Source: Welwitschia mirabilis
Lineage: Eukaryota
Length of the DNA: 35,897 bases
Assembly: GCA_051453625.1 (NCBI GenBank)
Contig: JBOZIK010000001.1
Location: 4,944,485-4,980,381 of the forward strand
Direction of reading: 5' to 3'
Below are positions 1-11,289 of this stretch, one piece after another. The notes under the pieces are model-generated. The model saw only the letters and a list, made by a program, of their open reading frames with translations, did not search any database and was not told the DNA's origin. The translations under genes and the position numbers were made by a program. How positions within the stretch are numbered: position 1 is the first letter of the stretch; each line of letters begins with the position of its first letter.

Positions 1-85
1 AGTTTATGAAATAAGCAATATCTTTAATAATACTAGGGACATCACTGATCTCATAGCCTTCAAGTACAATTTTATTCTTTCATAG

Positions 86-194
86 CCTTTGGCAGTGTGA
101 TATGGTAGCTATGAAAACTCCATTAGAGAGTCAATTGGTCATGCTATGTGGGTCCTTACTTCTCTAATAGAGGTCACACTCCCCTCTAATTATG
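86..194. repeat. ~110-nt non-coding motif just downstream of pol, homologous to 9536-9780
   Basis: CCTTTGGCAGTGTGATATGGTAGCTATGAAAACTCCATTAGAGAG...GGTCCTTACTTCTCTAATAGAGGTCACACTC aligns by eye with CCTTTTGTAGTGCAATGTGATAGTTATGACAACTCCATTACGAGG...GAGTCCTTACTCCTTTAATAGAGGTTATACTC. Confidence 0.75.
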
Positions 195-308
195 TAAACT
201 TTATAAAGTAAATACATGATTCAAGTTTAAGATATTCAAGTAATAACATGATGTCTACAGAAGTAATGAGTTAAAGAAAGAATTTAGATAATGGCAACAG
301 AAAGATCC

Positions 309-3300
309 TACTTATTGAGAGGGGCCAAGATAAATGCTTCTATGATGTTCAAGGTTTTATCAATAGATAACTCATAAATTTTTAACCTTTGTCTATTAAC
401 TTTTTGAATTTCTCTAGTGTNNNNNNNNNNNNNNNNNNNNNNNNNNNNNNNNNNNNNNNNNNNNNNNNNNNNNNNNNNNNNNNNNNNNNNNNNNNNNNNN
501 NNNNNNNNNNNNNNNCTTAAGTGTTATATAAAAGGATAAGTTGACCAAGTTCAAATTACTTATGAATAATCTTTTTGTCATGTCTAATGGACTTGAATTG
601 GGGTTTTTGAATGAGTTAACAAAGTAATGAATGAGTATATTTTTCATCTAAATAGTCAAGTTGGGATAATCTAGTTTTAATATTTTCATCCAATTCTACA
701 AGATTAAGTTGATGGATAGATTGATAGGAGTTATGATAAATATTAACTAACAAAACATAAACTTTTTTGTACACAAGTTCATATGATGAGAAACCAAGAG
801 AGTTACACCAAGTAGTATGGTAGGCCCAAAGAACATCATTAAGTTTAGAGAACTATGTTTTCCTATTAACAAAGACTAATTCTTAAAGCATCTTTTTAAT
901 TTATCTATTTGCATTTTCATCTTGGCCATTAGTTTAAGAATGATAAGCACATGCAATTCTATATTCAATACCAATGGATAAAAGAAGTTTTTGAAAAAGG
1001 TAGTTAATGAAGTAAGTTTCCTAATTACTAATAATGGTCCATAGAAAATCAAAATGTTGAAAGATATGAGTTTAAAAAAAATTGCAAATGGTTCAAACAT
1101 CATTTTTAGTAGTAGGGATAGCTTCCACCAAGTTAGTAGCATAATTAACAAGCACTAAGATATAATTTTTATCATCATTAGGTGGTTTAATTAAACCTAC
1201 AAAGTAAATTTCCTAATAATCAAAGGGTTTACATTCAAGTATAGGTTTGAGGGTCATATTTTAAGAATTAGTTAGGATAGCATGATATTAACATGTATCA
1301 CACCTTCTAGAAAAGTCAAATGAATCATTGGAAAGGGTAAACCAATAAAAACCAAAGTGAATAATTTGCATGATGTTCTTTTGGCTACTAAAGTATCCCC
1401 TGCAAACCCCGTCATGATAAAGTTTTAGGTTTTCTAGGCTTTCCCACTTTGGCACATACTTACACATGATTTGGTCTTTTCATTTTATTTAAAGATGGAG
1501 TTCATTCCACTTATAGTTACTGATCCTATGGAGAAATGATTTGTGTTGGTTATGGATCCAATGTTGAGGTGTTTTCATAGTAACAAGGTAGTTTATGATA
1601 TTAGCATACTAAGGAGTGGGATGAGTAGAAGATATGACACTAAGTTACTCAATTTCAAAGAGTTATTCATCTAGAAAAGAGTCATTTATGGGAAGTTCAT
1701 CATGAAAACAAGAAAGTCAAGATAGATGATTAGTAATACTATTATGTTTTCTAGCCTTAGCAATGATGATGAGATTGAACTCTTGCATGAGAAGGATCCA
1801 CCGAATAAGTCTAGTACTAGAATCTTTCTTAGTCATAAGATAGTGGATGGCAACATGATCTGTGTAAACATTGATGTGAAAGCCAAGAAGATAATATCGA
1901 AGATGATCAAGGTAAAAGATGATGGAAAGAATTTCTTTCTCAGTAGTGGTATTGGAATAAAGTTTTACTAAGATAGGATATGACTTTAAAATCATTTTCA
2001 TATNNNNNNNNNNNNNNNNNNNNNNNNNNNNNNNNNNNNNNNNNNNNNNNNNNNNNNNNNNNNNNNNNNNNNNNNNNNNNNNNNNNNNNNNNNNNNNNNN
2101 NNNGGATAAAATTGTACACTGATGTATTTTAAAATTGTACACTGATGTATTTTAAAAGATGATGGAAAGAATTTCTTTCTTAGTAGTGGTATTGGAATAA
2201 AGTTTTACTAAGATAGGCTATGACTTTAAAATCATTTTCATATTTTTAACTAAGAACCCCACCTACAGTAATGTTGCTTACATCATACATAAGTTTAAAA
2301 TCCTTACTCCAATCAGGACTCATGATAATGGGTTCATAAGAAATGTTTTTCTTAAGAGTATCAAATGCAAGTTGACATGACTTATTCCAATTAAATTTAG
2401 CATCTTTTTCAAGCAAGGAATAAAATGATTTATAAATTTTGGCATAATTATGAATAAAATGATAATAAAAACTAGCATGACCAAGGAATTATCTAACTTG
2501 CTTAACCTTAATTGAAGGGCTCAAGTCTTTAATGACATCAGCTTTTGTAGGATTTATTTTAATCCCTTCCTTTGAAATGTGCTGTTCTAAAATAATTTCA
2601 TGGTTGGTAAGGAGAAAGCTATTTTCTCAACTCAAATGTAAGCCACTTTCTATACATTGATCCAAAACTTTCTCTAATCTTTTTATGGTTTGTTCAAAAG
2701 TTTTATCAAAAATGGAGAAGCCATTCATAAATATTTTAATACAATCCTCTATCATGTTTAAAAAAGATCCCTACCATTACTTGTTGGAAAGTCCCAAGGG
2801 CGTTGTAAAGTTTAAAGGCATTTGTCTAAATGCAAAGGTTCCAAAGGGTGAGATAAAGGTTATTTTGATTTGGTCCTCACTTGCTATGAAAATTTGAATA
2901 TAGCCACTATACCCATCATAATCTTAGATTCTATCAAGTATTTGATCAAGAAAGGATAAAGGACAATCATCCTTTTTAGTGTCATTATTAAGTTTTCTAA
3001 AGTTACACTTATTTGGAACTACTATCAAAGGGCTAAGTTACTCACTATCATATATAGCATATATGATTCTGACTTTCATAAGTTTAATGATTTCATCTAT
3101 AAATATTTGCTTAAGAGCTGTGTTGAGCCTTATTTAGGATTACTTAATAGGTTTAGCATTATCTTCAAGGTAAATATTGTAATTATAGAAAGAGGAATGG
3201 AAGCTAAGTCTTTATGGATCCAAGCAAAGGCATCTTCTTTAGAATTTAAGAGTGAGATCAAGTTTGATTCTTATTGAGGAGTAAGAAGATTACTTATTAT

Positions 3301-6300
3301 CAGGGGTTTCATTTGATTGATAAATAGAAAAATATATTTTAAACCTTAGGGTAGTTTCTTTAGTTCTAAGTTGAGGTTNNNNNNNNNNNNNNNNNNNNNN
3401 NNNNNNNNNNNNNNNNNNNNNNNNNNNNNNNNNNNNNNNNNNNNNNNNNNNNNNNNNNNNNNNNNNNNNNNNNNNNNNAAGGCATTTGTCTAAATGCAAA
3501 GGTTCCAAAGGGTGAGATAAAGGTTATTTTGATTTGGTCCTCACTTTCTATGAAAATTTGATTATAGCCACTATACCCATCATAATCTTGGATTTTATCA
3601 AGTATTTGATTAAGAAAGGATAAAGGACAATCATCCTTTTTAGTATCATTATTAAGTTTTCTAAAGTTACCCTTCTTTGGAACTACTATTAAAGGGCTAA
3701 GTCACTCACTATCAGATATAGCATATATGATCCTGGCTTTCATAAGTTTAATGATTTCATCTATAAATATTTGCTTAAGGGCTATGTTGAGCCTTCTTTA
3801 GGATTACTTAATAGGTTTAGCATTATCTTCAAGGTAAATCTTGTAATTATAGAAAGAGGAATGGAAGCTAAGTCTTTATGGGTCCAAGCAAAGGCATCTT
3901 CTTTATAATTTAAGAGTGAAATCAAGTTTGATTCCTGTTGAGGAGTAAGAAGGTCACTTATTATCAGGGGTTTCTTTAGATTATCAGATANNNNNNNNNN
4001 NNNNAAAACTTATGGTAATTTCTTTAGTTCTAGATTGAGATTTTTAGTTGTATCTCATTTGTCATGGAAATGATAGACATGGGACGACACTCTGTAAAAA
4101 TCTTTTCCAGTAAGTGAATATGTTATGTTAAACTCATCTTCTATGTCATTTTTAGTAGCATTAAAAACTTGAATGGTAAACTTTTTATTGCCTATGTTGA
4201 TAAACTTTTCATTATCTATGTGACATTCCATCATCCTAGTCTCTGTGTTAATGATACAATGGATAGTTGCATAAAAGGCTCTTCCTAAGAGAAGTGGATA
4301 ACCTCCATCATGTTCTACCTTAATGATAATCACATCTATGGGGTAAAAGGCTTCCTCAATTTGGATAAATAAGTTTTTGATAATACCTAATGATTTCTTG
4401 ATTAAAGTATTAGACAATTCTAATATAATTCATGTAGGTTTTATTCTGTTTTCCAATTGAAGTCTCTTATATGTGTGTAAAGACATGATGTTTAGACTAT
4501 CTCCTATGTTAATTAAAGCTTTTTTAATTCTTTTGTTTCCTTCCAATGTGATATTCAAAGTTGCAGCTCTAGGGTCTTTAAACGAGGACACTTTTTCATG
4601 ATTAAATTAGAAATAGATTGAGTAAGAAAAACTTTTCTAGGAATAATTCACTTTTATTTTCTTCTTACTAGGTTCTTGTATAGCTTAGAATATCTAGGAT
4701 TTTCTTGCAAGAGTTTTTAAAAAGAAAAGTTGATTATTTACTTCTTGAATTATGATTTTCAAGTGATCATCAAAGGTAGGATTTGTATTTAACTGATCAA
4801 GCCAAGAAGTAGANNNNNNNNNNNNNNNNNNNNNNNNNNNNNNNNNNNNNNNNNNNNNNNNNNNNNNNNNNNNNNNNNNNNNNNNNNNNNNNNNNNNNNN
4901 NNNNNNNNNNNNNACCTAATGATTTCTTGATTAAAGTATTAAACAATTCTAAGATAATTCATGTAGGTTTTATTCTGTTTTCCAATCGAAGTCTCTTATA
5001 TGTGTGTAAAGACATGATGTTTAGACTATCTCCTATGTTAATTAAAGCTTTTTGAATTCTTTTGTTTCCTTCCAATGTGACACTCAAAGTTGCAGCTTTA
5101 GGGTCTTTAAATTAGGACACTTTTTCATGATTAATTTGGAAATAGATTGAGTAAGAAAAACTTTACTAGGAATAATACACTTTTATTTTCTTCTTACTAG
5201 GTTCTTCTATAGCTTAGAATATCTAGGATTTTCTTGAAAGAGTTTCCAAAAAGAAAAGTTGATTGTTTACTTCTTGCATTACAGTTTTCAAGTATTCATC
5301 AAAGGTAGGATTTGTATTTAACCAATCAAGCCAAGGAGGAGATGGTTTCTTCCCTTTATTTTCTTATAAAGAATTTTTAGTGGAGGTTTTAGTATGTGAT
5401 GTTGATGGAAAGTTANNNNNNNNNNNNNTTTGTACATAATATTCTTCATTTATTTCATTATTTTTATAAGTTAAAACCTCACAAGTAGGAGGTGTTATAT
5501 CATTTTGACTTCTTGTTACTACTTTCAAATCTTTCTTGACTTTATTTGGATGAGGTAAAGGGTAAGACACAAGATACCCTTATGATCTTTGATTAGCAAG
5601 CATTGTTTCTTAAAGCACATTTACTAAGTCTTCAATATTGCTATTAGTCTTTTCTTACACCTTTCTCATTTATGCTATAGATTCTTTGAGTGAATCATTA
5701 TAATTTTATTGAAAATTATGTTGAAAATTTAAATTTCTAAATCTATTCTCAAAAGGTTTTCATGGTGATTATCCACCTAATCTTTGTTGAAATTGTGGTT
5801 AGATTTTAAAGTTAGGTATTCTTTGGTTGAATGCATAAACTTCATCCAACATAATTTCTTTATTAGTTGGTAACAAGGAACACTCTTTAGTTGGATAAGA
5901 GTCATCTTCACAAATTTTATAAGTTGAAGTAATGTTTTCATCTTTTACTACCTTTGCATCAATTATTAATTGCATGTACTTCTATAAGGTGGTAGTAAAG
6001 TCTTTAATTAAGTTGGTTGAATCATTTCTCTCATGTTTAACCTCCTTTAAATCTTTTCTGATTTGGCCTATAGTTCAATTTTCTTTAGTGGGTTTAGGCC
6101 AAGTTTGACTTATTTCTACTAGGTTTTCCAACACACTCCACACATCTTCTAAGTTTAACAAGTTGCCTTCAAAAGAAAATTCTACAAGTTATTTAGTTTT
6201 AGAATTAAATTCACTATAGNNNNNNNNNNNNNNNNNNNNNNNNNNNNNNNNNNNNNNNNNNNNNNNNNNNNNNNNNNNNNNNNNNNNNNNNNNNNNNNNN

Positions 6301-6700
6301 NNATAATCCTCGTGAGGTTGTTTTTAAAAGTTAATCACTTTCTTTCTTCTTTTTTCATAGAAATTTCACTCAAATATCGTTTGATTAAAACTTCTTGTAC
6401 TTGACTCCTTGATTTAAGACTCTTATATAAAATGGTTTTAAGCCAAATTCTTGCCCTTCCTCTATGTGTAACTAGAAAATTAATCATGTAGGTATGATCA
6501 CTAAAATGTTTCTTTCCATTCCTTGAGGTAAGTACAATTTATTTAATGTCAGCTAGATGTTGGAAAGGGTCTTCCTTAGACTCCTCTAAAAAAGTTGGAT
6601 AGGCACTCAAATTTCGTAACTCTACATCAGCACTGGGGGATAAATCAAAGGGATTTTAGATTTTATATTTTTAATTAGCAATTAAATCTCTAAGTGTAAT
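309..6700 (-). pseudogene. Athila-like gag-pol pseudogene (contains gap-flanking duplicated segments)
   Basis: Recognisable PR, RT, RH and INT motifs on the minus strand with premature stops and deletions; the RT catalytic FMDD reads FMNG. The gag boundary (~6700) is approximate. Confidence 0.8.
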
Positions 6701-7444
6701 ATTTATATTTAAATTAGAAGCTCCTATTATGATTAGAGTACTAGAAGAAGAAACTTACTTTTGTTTTTACAACGATTTCGACATATTTGAAGAAGAAATA
6801 ATATGATCTACTTTTATGCTATAATTTTCTTTTATAAAATCTAATTATAAAATAATAAAAGAAAAAAATATTATTATTTAATTCTTGAAATTTATGTACC
6901 TGGGGTATGCATACCTAGATTNNNNNNNNNNTCCTTCTCTGATGTTTTCTCCAATCAGGTTCTACTCTCTTTGATATTTTATCTTTCTACCACCATTTCC
7001 CTACATCCTCAGATAATGGATAAAAATCAAAATAAAAAAATAACAAACCATCATCCACCTGATCATTAGGATGACAAGGGGGAACAAAAATTACAATACA
7101 TAAAATTGAACTTAGATAAAAATTGCAAAAAAAGAAAAATTAGACTATTATCTTATATGTCATGGGGATGACAGTGAATACAATAGTATTTTATTGCTGA
7201 TCAACTAATAGAAAGGAAATTTATAAAAAGGAAAATAAATTCAAAAACCAAGGATCACCATTCCCAATGTTGTTGGAATGATTAAAAGGATGACAAAGAT
7301 TCCTAAAGCTATGGAAAATAAAAATTACTAAAAGTAAACCTACTTAAGCTATTCTAAAATTACAACACTATTTAAATAAATAACTTGAATATAAATTCTA
7401 GGTACCTATCTAGATAGTGAAAATCCTCTAGCTCCTTGTGATCT

Positions 7445-7465
7445 TCCTCAGCAGTGGCACAAAAA
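7445..7465 (-). promoter_or_regulatory. Decayed primer-binding site (Athila-type, tRNA-Asp)
   Basis: Plus strand TCCTCAGCAGTGGCACAAAAA versus the reverse complement of the Athila PBS, TCCCCGGCAACGGCGCCAAAAA. Differences are mostly C>T/G>A at CpG, and the site lies a few nt from the LTR terminus TGATG at 7471. Confidence 0.75.
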
Positions 7466-7470
7466 TATTA

Positions 7471-8813
7471 TGATGTAAATTTATGAAATTCTTAAGTACT
7501 TTAGACAAATCTATAAATCAAAATATGTATAGAAAAATATAGGAGAGTTAACCCAAATATCATAATCCATTAAAGTCACTAGGGTATAAGTTAGATAATT
7601 GATTTCCAAAAGTATTTCTGATATTTTCTATTTTAGTAAATGAAAGTAAACAAAATGAAAATACAATATAATGATTAATTAAGTTAAAATGATAAAAATG
7701 ACAAGGAGATGGCTTCTATTTGGACTTTAATCCTCCTATCACAAGAACTACTTCTATATAACTTAGATTAACTATTAAGAGTTCTATTACTTATTCCTAG
7801 CCAACATAAACTATAAGAGTAGCTAAATAGAATATGGATAATGCAATATGGAATTTGAAATAAAATAGCAATGCAAATATAGATTAACAAGATGAACCTT
7901 GATAAAGGTTATATTTATGATCTAAATAAATTATAGAACTGTCACTAAACTATAATCAACTGAAACCATAAGGGACATAAAGATAATTAAATTAAAAAGA
8001 GTAATTGAATTAATCATGAACTTTTTACATCCACTTATAATAAAGTAGTAGCACCTCAATGGAGGATACTTAGTCCAACACCAAGGTTAACTTCTCTCTA
8101 TAGCTACTAGATGAGTCTCTTATCCTTTAATCTTTTATTTCAAAAACATCAGGTACAAAAGATAAAAATGGAAGTGAAGTAAAGGGAGGGTATTTATAGT
8201 TTTACATTAAAGTTCTAAAAGATCAACCCTAAAAGTTATAGAAGAAACCCTAGTAGCTTAAATGAGTTGCATAACCTCATTACAAAGATAATTCTTTCCA
8301 TTATAGAAAATAGCTATCTTCCTAACTATCGTGGAGATGACAATGGAGATGCCACTCCATGTTAAAAGGTGGTCCATTAGCTTCAAGCCCTATAGCAAAC
8401 TCCACAACCTCTCTCCATGTCAGCAGTGATGTTGTCTTACTTGTCATGGGGATGATAGAGGATATGATAGACTTATTCATCTTAAATCTCAAAGAGGAAC
8501 TACTCTTCTACATAGTAAATCCTTCTTTCAAAGTATGAAGTCTTAGAATAAGCTTGAGAAGCATTCAAATATGCTAAGACTCACATGTTTCAGTGATCAT
8601 CTTATTCGTTCTTCATAATCATTAGTATTACATCAAAACATGTATAAAATTCCTAAGAAAGCATCCAAACACATCAAACAAACCATCAAATTCATACAAA
8701 TTGTCATCACAACAATGCATTATGGGAATATAAACTAACATGAGAAAATAGTTTGGATTATACCCTAAATTAATTAATTTATAAGAAAGAATACCTACTT
8801 CTAGTACACATCC
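7471..8813 (-). repeat. 5' LTR of the Athila-like element (~1.34 kb)
   Basis: Starts TGATGT (7471) next to the PBS and ends ACATCC (8808-8813, near-inverse of TGATGT). Integrase-coding sequence of a different element begins immediately after. Confidence 0.6.
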
Positions 8814-9170
8814 AAGATGAGATGATATATCATGTAGTAAATCAATAATGAATAATGAATAAGTAACTAAGGTGTTATAATGATAAAAAGATTCATTGCA
8901 AGAATTTTAACCTAGTTGATAAAGTTTTACTACACAATATAAGATCACATATGTTCCTTCAAAAATAGGTTATCAAGTTAAAAGGACCTTTGAAGTCGTT
9001 AAATTAAGTTGAATCGGAGTTTACACATTAAGAATTTAACTAATAATATTTAATTCATATCATGAGAATAAGCCAAATGATCTTTGTTTAGTTCTTGAAG
9101 AATCTCATAAACTTGATAATGAAACTTTTACTACTAAATCTATTTCAATAGAATTTATTTACCCTACTTA
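8814..9170 (+). pseudogene. Integrase C-terminal (GPY/F) fragment of a second, plus-strand Athila-like element
   Basis: Translates DEMIYHVVNQ**IMNK*LRCYNDKKIHCKNFNLVDKVLLHNIRSHMFLQK*VIKLKGP, then FEVV after a frameshift, matching Athila/Tat HDKKI..F..GDKVLL.NSR..FP.KL...W.GPF. Similar to the minus-strand integrase end at 516-660. Confidence 0.8.
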
Positions 9171-9344
9171 TGCCATTGTTTAATTTATACCTTTACTTGA
9201 ATAAGTTTATTACAAATTTTTCTTATTGTTACTTGTAATTCTTTGGCATATAGAAATACATTGTCTTAGTACTCTTCTACTTGTATTAGATTCTTAGTAT
9301 GAACAATGTTAACTTTGGAATCATGAATATGCATGAACCTATAA

Positions 9345-9780
9345 GAAGAGGTAATAACTCTTTTTGGTTATAATTTCATTAGCTAATGCATGTCATACCT
9401 TCATATAAATTAATATAACATAACATAACATTCTATAATACATGAAAGAGAATTATATATCATATTATATTGAAAAAATAGTAAAATCACAATGTTCTAT
9501 TACAAATGCATTAGAGAAAATATTTCTAGGAGGATCCTTTTGTAGTGCAATGTGATAGTTATGATAACNNNNNNNNNNNNNNNNNNNNNNNNNNNNNNNN
9601 NNNNNNNNNNNNNNNNNNNNNNNNNNNNNNNNNNNNNNNNNNNNNNNNNNNNNNNNNNNNNNNNNNNNGTAGTGTAATGTGATAGTTATGACAACTCCAT
9701 TACGAGGTTATTTGACATCATTTACACTTTATCATATGAGTCCTTACTCCTTTAATAGAGGTTATACTCTCTTAATTATG
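9345..9780. repeat. Decayed inverted repeat (arms ~9345-9440 and ~9536-9780) downstream of integrase
   Basis: The right arm matches 86-194 in the same absolute orientation although the two elements are on opposite strands. The left arm weakly matches the reverse complement of the right arm and sits where 86-194 sits relative to its own pol. Confidence 0.5.
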
Positions 9781-10497
9781 ACCTAAGTTACTTATTATAG
9801 TTAAATGATAATTTCCTTTTATTCAATGATAGTTTATCACTTCATTTCCTTCCATTTAGTCCTTCATTTTCAAGCTCTTATGCTAGAGTGATTTGCATTA
9901 CAATTTGTAGTTCATGATTAAAGCTAAAATCTAGAAACTTTGATGCTTTTTTAATCGCTATCAGGGTAATTAAGGAGAGAATATATGGATTCTATTATGC
10001 TTTATAGTATAAATATTTATCATGACCATGTATCCTACTGTCTAAATTATTTAGCTATTAATTAACTTGGTTACCATTAAGAAAATACTTCATTAGGGTA
10101 ATTGCATTTTTGAATGATAATGTGCATTTACTAATATATCTATTGATACTATGCATTCTAATCATCTTGATAACAAAATAACACATACTTAGGAACTTAT
10201 TAGTTATCTTTATTTATTACTAATTATCATTTATCTATAATTTCATCATTTTATCATCCACCTATATACATTCTATTAACCATTACTTTTAAATTTTCAT
10301 ATCTTCATTTGCTAATGCATATGCTCTTTCATAACCATCTTCTAGTTTGGCTATTCTTATTATTAAAATTTTACTTTATCAAAAGCATAAGAGCTGTTAA
10401 ATTTTAAAAAAGTGACCTCAGTACTCCTATCATTATTTGAATTGGGTTTTTATAAATGTTAAATCTAAATGCTTCCTATTTAATAGGTTAAGATTAA

Positions 10498-11289
10498 ATG
10501 GATTCTAACATTTCATTTCAACTAAGCAAACTTATCATTCCTTTAATCAATGATCTCCCCAAAGATATACTTTCAAAATTAATAATGTTCATGATAAAAC
10601 ATAAAACTCTAGTTATTATAGATTTAATATGTTAAAAATAGATAAGAATGGTCAACCATGAAGATTTATTTATAATTAGTTTAATCATTTATTAAGAGTT
10701 TCTAAGATATAGTGTTAAACCAACTAGATGAATTTGAAAAATTTATGAATACAATCTCATTGTTGGTCTAAGTCTTAGTAACCATTAAGATAAGAAAAAC
10801 TCCTCCTTCTATGTTAAACATAAGGCTTACACTCTAAATATAGCATATGATGAGTCTATTTAAATAATAAGAAAACTGTCAAATATTTAAGATCCTTTAA
10901 ATTAATAAAATCAATAATCCCCTAGTTTTAAAAAAACTAAGTACAATGATAATCTTTCTTGAAGGCATGTCTATTTTACACTTTACTTTATGATATGGTA
11001 GTATTTACAATTTCTATGACTTGAGACCTTGAGAACTAGTACTTATAATACTAATGGTAACTTACATTCATGACTTTGGTGATAATAAGGTCTTTGTTAT
11101 TTTGATCTACATATTAGAAGTAATAAGAATTCATGAACTGATAAGTGTTTGTTATTAATGGAGAAGACTTTTAAAAGATCTAAGTGAGCTATGAACCTCT
11201 AATTCTTTTAGTTCAAATATATAATTGAATAAACATTACCTCCAAGCATGTATTGACTTAGCTTCTATGGTGATAGACCACTAAAATAA
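10498..11289 (+). pseudogene. Decayed ORF with N-terminal F-box motif
   Basis: ATG 10498 opens 45 stop-free codons and reads ...PLINDLPKDILSKLIMFMIKHKTLVIIDLIC*K*IRMVNHEDLF (motif 10543-10671). TAA (10633) and TAG (10639) revert to Q and W by single transitions, giving LP..IL..I...M.....L....LICQKW. The downstream part has many stops and no recognisable domain; the end coordinate is tentative. Confidence 0.55.

Larger units (their letters stand above)
1..8813 (-). mobile_element. Degenerate Ty3/gypsy LTR retrotransposon, Athila-like (5' LTR, PBS, gag-PR-RT-RH-INT); 3' end runs off the window
   Basis: Minus-strand manual translation gives the Ty3 domain order. Protease: IEEAFYPIDVIIIKVEHDGGYPLLLGRAF (4055-4417). 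RT: NALGTFQQVMVGIFLNMIEDCIKIFMNGFSIF and PLSFLDQILDRI..DGYSGY (~2700-3000). RNase H: YSNTTTEKEILSIIFYLDHLRYYLLGFHINVYTDHVAIHYLMTKKDSSTRLIRWILLMQEF (1717-2000). Integrase end: HDKKIIHK*FELGQLILLYN and KVNRQRLKIY, stop at ~309. Also a decayed tRNA-Asp-type PBS. Many stops and frameshifts. Confidence 0.9.
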
